Shown here piece by piece: positions 57,656 to 64,000 of a DNA stretch of 64,000 bases (its first letter is position 1; each line of letters starts with the position of its first letter). The stretch comes from Candidatus Saganbacteria bacterium (GTDB lineage Bacteria > Margulisbacteria > WOR-1 > XYC2-FULL-46-14 > WPAF01), in NCBI GenBank assembly GCA_009772965.1, contig WPAF01000007.1, positions 14,379-78,378 on the forward strand, given 5' to 3'. Made by a program: the position numbers and the translations under genes. The notes beneath the pieces were generated by a model. The model searched no databases. It was not told the DNA's origin and worked only from the letters and a program-made list of their open reading frames with translations.

Positions 57656-58854
57656 GTTTAGTTTTAGTTGTTGATGACGAACAAAGCATAAGGCAGTCTT
57701 TTGAGCTTATTTTATCAGACAAATATAAAGTCATAACTGCCGCATCCGGCGAAGCCGCGATAAAACACACAACTGACGAAAACCCTGATTTGGTATTTTT
57801 GGATATCCGCATGCCCGGAATGAATGGGCTTGAAACGCTTAAAAAAATCAAAGAAATCAACCCCGACACTATTGTAATAATGGTTACCGCGGTAAATGAA
57901 ATGCAAAAAGCAAATGAAGCGATTAAGCTTGGGGCATTTGATTATATCGTCAAACCTTTTGATGTGGATAATATTTTAAATTTTACCGCTAATTTATTAT
58001 CTAGAAAAAACATGCTGGATGAAAGCAGTAGGCTAAAAGCTGAATCAAGGCGGCCGGCAATTTTGGGAAATTCGGAAAAAATCGAAATAGTTAGGAGCCA
58101 GATAGCTGATGCCGCGAAATTAAAAGGCGGAGTTATTATAATCGGGCCTGATGGAGTAGAAAAAGAAGCGGTTGCTTTTGCAATTGGAGCCAATGCCGCG
58201 TATGACTGCCGCCAGCCGCTACCCCTGCTGTTTGGCAAAAGCGGAGGATCTACCGTCGCGGATATCAATAGAGTTTTTGGCGCGGTTGACTTGGCTTCCG
58301 GGGGAGTGCTTTTTATCGATCATGCCGAGCTTTTGCCTGCGTGGGCGCAGGAACAGCTATTGCAATATAAGGATGTCCGTTTTATTTTGGGGATTGCCCA
58401 AGATTTAAAAGAAACTGGATTTAACCAGGAATTGCAGTCTTCTGAAAAAATTATTGAGATACCTCCGCTTAAAGACAGGGCAACCGATATTCCTTTAATA
58501 ATTGATTATTATTTAAATGAGGCGAACATAAAATATTATAGAAATGTAAAAAGCTTGTCCAATGAGGCAATTAACCTGCTTTCTTCATATGATTGGCCGG
58601 GAAATGTGTCTCAGCTAAGGGCGGTAGTTTGCAACATGGTAATGCTTTCAGAAAAACCAATTATTGAAGCCGATCAGCTGCCGTTTGATATTTTATTAGA
58701 TGAGAAGTCGTTTTATTCAATATCATTTGAAGACATTTATTCCGAATTTGAAAAAAGATATATCCATGATGTGTTCAAAAAGTCAGGGCAAAACAAAGAA
58801 ATTACGTCTAAAATATTAGGGGTTTCAAGCAAGGTTTTAGAGGCAAAGCTATAA
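57652..58854 (+). CDS. NtrC-family-like response regulator with a degenerate AAA+ domain (second copy)
   Basis: Canonical receiver (VLVVDDE...LVFLDIRMPGMNGLE...GAFDYIVKPF). The central domain has IIGPDGVEKE where GESGTGKE is expected, and LLFGKSGGSTVA where the ELFGHEKGAFTGA is expected. C-terminal Fis-like HTH. Confidence 0.6.
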   Translation: MSLVLVVDDEQSIRQSFELILSDKYKVITAASGEAAIKHTTDENPDLVFLDIRMPGMNGLETLKKIKEINPDTIVIMVTAVNEMQKANEAIKLGAFDYIVKPFDVDNILNFTANLLSRKNMLDESSRLKAESRRPAILGNSEKIEIVRSQIADAAKLKGGVIIIGPDGVEKEAVAFAIGANAAYDCRQPLPLLFGKSGGSTVADINRVFGAVDLASGGVLFIDHAELLPAWAQEQLLQYKDVRFILGIAQDLKETGFNQELQSSEKIIEIPPLKDRATDIPLIIDYYLNEANIKYYRNVKSLSNEAINLLSSYDWPGNVSQLRAVVCNMVMLSEKPIIEADQLPFDILLDEKSFYSISFEDIYSEFEKRYIHDVFKKSGQNKEITSKILGVSSKVLEAKL

Positions 58855-58857
58855 GTT

Positions 58858-58942
58858 TGCCGCGGGCCGGAATCGAACCGGCATGGCTTATGCAGCCAAG
58901 GGATTTTAAGTCCCTCGTGTCTACCAATTCCACCACCGCGGC
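58858..58942 (-). tRNA. tRNA-Leu (anticodon UAA), type II with a long variable arm; CCA not encoded
   Basis: The reverse complement folds by eye into a cloverleaf: acceptor GCCGCGG/CCGCGGC, D-arm GTGGAATTGGTAGACAC, anticodon loop CTTAAAA, long variable arm, T-loop GGTTCGATTCC. Confidence 0.85.
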
Positions 58943-58948
58943 GGGGGG

Positions 58949-59347
58949 TTATTTTTTCCGGGAACGGACTCCTTGTTTTTCCTCGAGGTTTTTCTTGCAG
59001 TCCAACAAACGCTCTTCGCTGTCTTTTAAAAACCTATTAATTTTATCTTCAAAAGATCCGGGGATTGCTTTTTCTTTTTGGGAGGGCCTTTTGTGGTAGG
59101 TTGGGACATATACTTTGCCGGCTTGTTTAATTGAAAGGTCGTATTTGCCGGGCTTTACCAGGCTCATTACCCGAACCTTGACCACATCAGAAACCTTAAT
59201 GAATTGGTTAATGTCTGTCACATACGAATCAGAGATTTGGCTAATGTGCACAAGGCCTGTTTTACCTTCGCCGAGGTCTATAAATGCTCCGTACTTTGTG
59301 ATTCCTGTAACTTTTCCGTCTACATCTTGTCCGATTTCAACCGGCAT
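58949..59347 (-). CDS. S1 RNA-binding domain protein (general stress protein 13/YabR-like)
   Basis: GKVTGITKYGAFIDLGEGKTGLVHISQIS is an S1 domain core. Basic C-terminal tail. Confidence 0.75.
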   Translation of the reverse strand: MPVEIGQDVDGKVTGITKYGAFIDLGEGKTGLVHISQISDSYVTDINQFIKVSDVVKVRVMSLVKPGKYDLSIKQAGKVYVPTYHKRPSQKEKAIPGSFEDKINRFLKDSEERLLDCKKNLEEKQGVRSRKK

Positions 59348-59601
59348 ATTTTAAACGCTTTCTCCCCTTTCTTAACATAAATCAATCTCTCGCGAGCTAA
59401 ACACTCTATAAATTGCCCGTCATCTAAAGACGCTATCCTTGATTTCAATGATTGGTTCTTAAGAACAGTTTCTTTGATAACAGCTTCAAGTTTTCGGCAT
59501 CCTGAAACGAGACCATTATATCTTAACACATCTTCGCGGATTTGAAAAACTAAATATAAAATAATAAACGCGAACAAAACGCCGTATAAATTTATTTTCA
59601 T
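59320..59601 (-). CDS. FtsB/DivIC-like septum formation initiator
   Basis: 93 aa, N-terminal TM helix then a coiled coil (ETVLKNQSLKSRIASL). Confidence 0.45.
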   Translation of the reverse strand: MKINLYGVLFAFIILYLVFQIREDVLRYNGLVSGCRKLEAVIKETVLKNQSLKSRIASLDDGQFIECLARERLIYVKKGEKAFKICRLKSDKM

Positions 59602-59602
59602 T

Positions 59603-60370
59603 TTAATTAAAACACCGCGCGAGATAAAAATTGATAATCGCGCCGCCCCAAAAAAGGGAAATTATCGCGCCAATTGACAAGCCCGGACCAAAGGGGATGG
59701 TGTCGCCGAATTTTTTAATTTTAAAAACCATTAGAAAAACAACCCAAACAGCGGCTAACGCGTAGCCCAAAAAGAGGGCAAGTAAAAGCTTGTCGGGCAA
59801 AAGCCAGGCTCCCATAAGCGCGGCAAGCTTAACGTCGCCAAAGCCGAGCGCTTCTTTTTTATACGCGAATTTTCCAATTTGGCCTATTAAGTAAAGCGAT
59901 AAAAAGCCGGCCAAACAGCCGATTATGGATGATGCCAGATTATTTGAAAAATAATTAAAAAGAAAACCCGCGGGAATGCCGATAAAAATCAATTCGTCCG
60001 GTATGATGCCGTGTTCGATATCAGAAAAAGAAGCCGCGATTAGTGAGGAAATAAAAAAAGCAAACGCGTAAAATCCCAGTTCATTAAAACCATAATATGT
60101 GGAGAGCAGGGAAAAAAATAAGCCGGTTAAAATTTCTATAAATATGTAGCGGGGAGAAATATTATTTTTGCAGGATCGGCATTTGCCGCCAAGCATGATA
60201 AAGCTGATTATTGGGATGTTGTCAAACCAGGCGATATTTTTTTTGCAATGAGGGCAATGGGACTGGGGAAAAATAACGGATTCTTCCCTTGGGAGGCGAT
60301 GGATAAGCACGTTTAAAAAGCTTCCTATTATGGAGCCAAACGCGAAGGAAATTATAATATTGACAACCAT
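59603..60370 (-). CDS. pilD: Prepilin peptidase (A24 family)
   Basis: N-terminal Zn-binding CPHC...CRSC tetrad, multiple TM helices, catalytic Asp regions; 255 aa. Confidence 0.85.
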   Translation of the reverse strand: MVVNIIISFAFGSIIGSFLNVLIHRLPREESVIFPQSHCPHCKKNIAWFDNIPIISFIMLGGKCRSCKNNISPRYIFIEILTGLFFSLLSTYYGFNELGFYAFAFFISSLIAASFSDIEHGIIPDELIFIGIPAGFLFNYFSNNLASSIIGCLAGFLSLYLIGQIGKFAYKKEALGFGDVKLAALMGAWLLPDKLLLALFLGYALAAVWVVFLMVFKIKKFGDTIPFGPGLSIGAIISLFWGGAIINFYLARCFN

Positions 60371-60386
60371 TCTGCTAAATTATATA

Positions 60387-61454
60387 GTAAGCGGTATGGA
60401 AATACAAACACTGCTCAAGCTAATGACCGATCAAAACGCTTCTGACCTTCATCTGGTTGTTGGTTCGCCGCCAATATTAAGGATTACCGGAGTGTTAACA
60501 CCCACTTCATATGCCAGCCTTGCTCCGGAATCGGTAAAAAGCCTGATAACCCCCCTGCTAAATGAAGAACAAAAAACATTTTTTGAGAGAGAAAAAGAAC
60601 TTGACCTGGGCTACGAGCATGGGGATTCCCGCTTCCGTATAAATGTGCATTATTCTAAGGGAGCAATGGGTGTCGCGATAAGGCGCATACCTAAAAAAAT
60701 CCCAACATTAACCGAACTGCGGATGCCTAAGATAGTTGAAAGTTTTTGTTCTGAAATAAGGGGGCTGGTTTTGGTAACAGGGCCCACCGGCTGCGGCAAA
60801 AGCACCACCCAGGCGAGCATGATTGATTTAATAAATACTACCAGGGGCTGCCACATAATAACAGTTGAAGATCCAATCGAATACGTGCATGCCCACAAAA
60901 AATCAATTATTGAACAGCGCGAAGTGGGTCTTGATACGCTAACCTTTGGGCGCGCCTTAAAGCGCGTATTAAGGCAAGATCCCGATGTAATATTGGTCGG
61001 GGAAATGAGAGATTTAGAAACTATCCAAACGGCAATTACCGCGGCAGAAACCGGGCATCTTGTTATTTCAACGCTCCATACCCCCGATGCTCCGGGTTCA
61101 ATTGACAGGATGATTGATGTTTTTCCCCCGCACCAGCAGGCGCAGGTGCGGCTTCAGCTCAGCATGGTGCTAAAGGGGATTATTGCCCAGCAGCTTATTC
61201 CCCGCAAAGATAAAAAAGGCATGATCGCGGCGGTAGAAGTATTGGTTGGGATTCCGGCGGTTAAAAATATTATACGCAAGGCAACTACGCAGGAGCTTTA
61301 TACCACAATTGAAATCAGCTTAAAATACGGCATGCAGGGCATGGATACCTCGCTAAAAGAGCTGTATCAAGGCGGGGTAATTACTTATGAAGAAGCAATA
61401 ACCAATGCGCAAAATGCTGAACAGCTGACAAAAAGCATAAAACAGGTAGTATAG
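60387..61454 (+). CDS. pilT: Type IV pilus retraction ATPase PilT
   Basis: MEIQTLLKLMTDQNASDLHLVVGSPP N-terminus, Walker A GPTGCGKSTT, Asp and His boxes. The track start at 60330 overlaps pilD, so the ATG at 60387 is preferred. Confidence 0.85.
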   Translation, partial: VSGMEIQTLLKLMTDQNASDLHLVVGSPPILRITGVLTPTSYASLAPESVKSLITPLLNEEQKTFFEREKELDLGYEHGDSRFRINVHYSKGAMGVAIRRIPKKIPTLTELRMPKIVESFCSEIRGLVLVTGPTGCGKSTTQASMIDLINTTRGCHIITVEDPIEYVHAHKKSIIEQREVGLDTLTFGRALKRVLRQDPDVILVGEMRDLETIQTAITAAETGHLVISTLHTPDAPGSIDRMIDVFPPHQQAQVRLQLSMVLKGIIAQQLIPRKDKKGMIAAVEVLVGIPAVKNIIRKATTQELYTTIEISLKYGMQGMDTSLKELYQGGVITYEEAITNAQNAEQLTKSIKQVV

Positions 61455-61455
61455 G

Positions 61456-62277
61456 TTGGCGCTTCCGCTATTTTTAAAAAAGAAAATTCCAAAAGCAAGT
61501 AATATTGGCCGCTTGAGAAAAATCATCAACGATTCAGAAATAATTACCGTTTGCGAAACTTTAAAATGCCCAAATATCGGCGAATGCTACTCCGGCAACA
61601 CTTTGACATTTATGATAATGGGAAATAACTGCACCAGAAACTGCTCATTTTGCGCTTCTTTAAATGGAAAGCCGGCTCCCCTGGACATAAATGAGCCGGA
61701 GAGAATCCTCAAAACCGCAAAAACATTAAAATTAAAATATGTGGTAGTTACCTCCGTGGCAAGGGATGATTTAAAAGACGGCGGAGCCAGCCATTTCGCA
61801 AAAGTGATAAAAACGCTTAAGGAAAACAGCTTAAAAGTTGAAGTATTAATCCCGGATTATATTGGGGAAGATTTGGATATCATTATTAGTGAAAAACCGG
61901 ATGTGATTAACCACAACATTGAGTGCGTATCGAGGCTTTATCCCCAAATCAGGCCGCAGGCGGGTTACCAGCGCTCCCTGAGTATACTAAGCAAAGTAAA
62001 AGAAAGCGGTATTTACACTAAGTCGGGTTTTATGGTAGGATTGGGAGAGTCCGACAGTGAAGTGATAGCACTGCTTTTTGACTTAAAAAAAGCCGGTTGC
62101 GATATTGCGACTGTTGGGCAATATATTTCTCCATCAAATGGCCATCAAAAGGTTGAAAGATACGTTGAGCCGGAAAGATTTGATTGGTACCGCAGGGTTG
62201 GAGAAAAATTAGGTTTTATGAAAGTGTTTTCCGGATCATTTGTCAGAAGCTCATACAAAGCAAGCGAAATAATATGA
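61456..62277 (+). CDS. lipA: Lipoyl synthase
   Basis: Auxiliary cluster CETLKCPNIGEC and radical SAM CTRNCSFC. A non-ATG (TTG) start is implied. Confidence 0.85.
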   Translation: MALPLFLKKKIPKASNIGRLRKIINDSEIITVCETLKCPNIGECYSGNTLTFMIMGNNCTRNCSFCASLNGKPAPLDINEPERILKTAKTLKLKYVVVTSVARDDLKDGGASHFAKVIKTLKENSLKVEVLIPDYIGEDLDIIISEKPDVINHNIECVSRLYPQIRPQAGYQRSLSILSKVKESGIYTKSGFMVGLGESDSEVIALLFDLKKAGCDIATVGQYISPSNGHQKVERYVEPERFDWYRRVGEKLGFMKVFSGSFVRSSYKASEII

Positions 62278-63452
62278 TTATAGAAGAAGCCAAACGTTTA
62301 AAAAAACTCCCGGTTTATGTTTTTGCCAGGCTGGATGAATTAAAAGAAATCGAGAGAAAAAAGGGCGCGGATTTAATCGACCTGGGAATGGGCAACCCTG
62401 ACGTGCCGCCGCCTGCCGGCGTCATTAAAAAAATCAAGGAAGCGGTAGATGACCCTGAAGTTTCGCGCTACCCGCTTTCCCAGGGAGCGGAAGACTTTCG
62501 CACGGCTGTTTCCAAATGGGTAAAAAAACAGTACCAGCTTAATATTTCCCCCCAAGATGAAGTTGCCACGCTCATCGGCTCCAAGGAAGGGCTGATCCAT
62601 TTTTCTTTTGCTTTTGTAGATGCCGGCGACCTGGTCATGTATGTTGAGCCGGCATATCCTGCGCATTTTAACGCAACGATTTTATCCGGCGGCACGCCTT
62701 TTGCCATGCCAACAACCAGTAAAGATTCATATTTGCCTGATTTTGATAAAATCAGCGCCGAGGATTTCAAAAAAACAAAAATCATGGTTTTAAGCTATCC
62801 GACAAATCCCACGGCGGCCTTTGCTCCCAGGGAAATATTTGAAAAAGCCGTGAGCCTGGCTAAAAAATATAATTTTATCCTTTTGCATGATTTTGCTTAC
62901 GCGGAGATTTACTTTGACGGCAACAAGCCCATTTCGTGCTTATCTATTCCAGGGGCAAAAGAAGTCTGCATAGAGTTCCACTCCCTGTCAAAAACCTTTG
63001 GCATGGCGGGATGGAGGTGTGGGTTTGCGGTGGGGAATGAAAGTTTGATTAAAACCCTCCGCCGCATAAAAACAAATTTGGATTACGGGCTTTTCCGCGG
63101 GGTGCAGATCGCGGCAATTGAAGCATTGTCAACCCCAAAAGAATACATTGATAATACTCGCGCGACCTATCAAAAACGCCGGGATATTTTTGTCGAAGGT
63201 ATAAATTCTTTGGGCTCAAAGGTTGAAAAACCCAAAGGCAGTATGTATGTTTGGATTCCGGTGCCGCGGGGAACTGATTCGACCAAATTTTCAATTGAAG
63301 TATTAGGAAAAACCGGGATTGTCCTTTCGCCCGGCACAGCATTTGGAGCTCTTGGCGAGGGATATGTCCGAGCCGCGCTGGTAACAAGCGACGCCCGCAT
63401 AAAAGAAGCCATTGACCGCCTCAAAAAAGCCAATATCAGGTTTGATGCGTAA
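62274..63452 (+). CDS. Class I/II PLP-dependent aminotransferase (AlaT/AspB/DapL-like)
   Basis: DLGMGNPDVPPP N-terminal motif, SYPTNPTAAF, and the PLP-lysine region SLSKTFGMAGWRCG. ATG at 62274 overlaps the lipA stop; the track's 62184 TTG start lies inside lipA. Confidence 0.85.
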   Translation: MIIEEAKRLKKLPVYVFARLDELKEIERKKGADLIDLGMGNPDVPPPAGVIKKIKEAVDDPEVSRYPLSQGAEDFRTAVSKWVKKQYQLNISPQDEVATLIGSKEGLIHFSFAFVDAGDLVMYVEPAYPAHFNATILSGGTPFAMPTTSKDSYLPDFDKISAEDFKKTKIMVLSYPTNPTAAFAPREIFEKAVSLAKKYNFILLHDFAYAEIYFDGNKPISCLSIPGAKEVCIEFHSLSKTFGMAGWRCGFAVGNESLIKTLRRIKTNLDYGLFRGVQIAAIEALSTPKEYIDNTRATYQKRRDIFVEGINSLGSKVEKPKGSMYVWIPVPRGTDSTKFSIEVLGKTGIVLSPGTAFGALGEGYVRAALVTSDARIKEAIDRLKKANIRFDA

Positions 63453-64000
63453 GCCGATTATCGGTCTGACCATGGGGGATCCGGCGGGGATAGGATCCGA
63501 GGTTTGTGTTAAAGCCCTTGCTGATCCTCAAATTAGCCATATTGCAAATTGTCTTATAATCGGCGAAACCAATTCAATAAAATACGCCCTTAAAATTTCA
63601 AAACTGCCCGAAATAAAAATTAATCCGATAAAAAAAGTAAGCGATGCGAAATTTATTTCCGGCACAATCGATGTTATTGACCTTGAAAATATTAAAAAAG
63701 TAAAAATGGGAAGACTTTCTTCTGCCTGCGGAAAAGCAAGCATTGAGTATGTTGAAAAGGCGATAGATCTGGCAATTGAAAAAAAGATAGACGCGATTGT
63801 TACCGCGCCGATTAACAAAGAGGCGATACAAAAAGCGGGATTTAAATATCAAGGCCATACTGAAATTCTCGCGGAAAGAACAAAGACAAAAGATTTTGGG
63901 ATGATGTTTGTCGCGGATAAATTCTGGCTGATGCTGGCGACAACCCATATCGCATTAAAGGATGTTTCGCAAGCTCTTGATAAAAAAAAGATACTGGAGA
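63444..64000 (+). CDS. pdxA: 4-hydroxythreonine-4-phosphate dehydrogenase PdxA (N-terminal part, continues beyond the window)
   Basis: MRKPIIGLTMGDPAGIGSEV N-terminus characteristic of PdxA. Start overlaps the aminotransferase stop. Coordinates near this junction may be off by 1. Confidence 0.85.

Noticed and set aside
60330-60386. Track start for pilT at 60330, giving a 57-nt N-terminal extension overlapping pilD
   Set aside because: PilT proteins begin at the MEIQTLLKLM...ASDLHL motif. The extension (MEPNAKEIIILTTILLNYIVSG) overlaps the pilD coding region on the opposite strand and lacks an RBS.
62184-62273. TTG-initiated 30-codon extension of the aminotransferase overlapping the lipA 3' end
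   Set aside because: The ATG at 62274 overlaps the lipA stop (ATGA coupling), and the N-terminal motif begins there. The extension is read from within lipA.
1-64000. CRISPR arrays, rRNA genes, additional tRNAs
   Set aside because: Scanning intergenic regions found no regularly spaced direct repeats with unique spacers and no rRNA-like conserved stretches. The only tRNA-like cloverleaf is tRNA-Leu at 58858..58942. Without a covariance-model search, a small ncRNA could have been missed.

Overview
A 64 kb chromosomal segment from a low-GC, apparently uncultivated bacterium. Diderm-like traits are present: an outer-membrane beta-barrel protein ending in -F, LolA-like carriers, a type IV pilus (PilD/PilT), and archaeal-type iPGM. 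It is gene-dense, with many 4-nt ATGA or TAATG overlaps. The left part (1-13 kb, minus strand) holds housekeeping genes. These are comM (partial), yraN, hup, rnhB, lepB, then an rplS/TM1570-like SPOUT/trmD/ylqD/KH/rpsP operon with no rimM, followed by aroC and fabF-acpP. They are linked to a MacB/LolCDE-like export module (ABC ATPase, two FtsX permeases, a LolA-like periplasmic protein and an outer-membrane beta-barrel). At 14.2-22.6 kb a single tightly coupled plus-strand operon runs ArsR, a CPC-type heavy-metal P-type ATPase, a radical SAM protein with a Cys-rich N-terminus, a B12-binding radical SAM protein, a thioester/fatty-acyl reductase-type NAD-binding protein, a DUF482/FemAB-like GNAT-fold protein and a secreted LolA-like protein. 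This looks like an undescribed lipid or cofactor modification system. At 22.6-24.2 kb the 3' end of nth (endonuclease III) is duplicated as ~250-bp direct repeats around a 2-gene nucleotidyltransferase cassette. Then follow redox proteins, ribD, relA/spoT, rpe, a split Hanks-type pseudokinase plus a stand-alone PASTA protein, an orphan block (134-aa and 748-aa proteins, a SAM methyltransferase, a DUF4143 AAA ATPase), a 1064-aa multi-TM histidine kinase with a degenerate NtrC-like regulator, glmM-like mutase, Memo plus AMMECR1, and argCJB. At 45.5-53.1 kb there are two paralogous low-complexity proteins (1606 aa with a HEAAH motif, and 391 aa). They share a conserved upstream motif pair and a conserved ~100-aa C-terminal coiled-coil module, and they flank a C-terminally truncated IS4/IS1634-like transposase. 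Next to that transposase sit a consensus outward promoter and a perfect 16-bp-stem hairpin. The right end holds an active Ser/Thr kinase, apgM, a second degenerate NtrC-like regulator, tRNA-Leu(UAA), S1 and FtsB-like proteins, pilD, pilT, lipA, an aminotransferase and pdxA (partial). A family of CGTAA/TTACG-rich palindromic intergenic elements recurs after several stop codons. No CRISPR array and no rRNA were seen.
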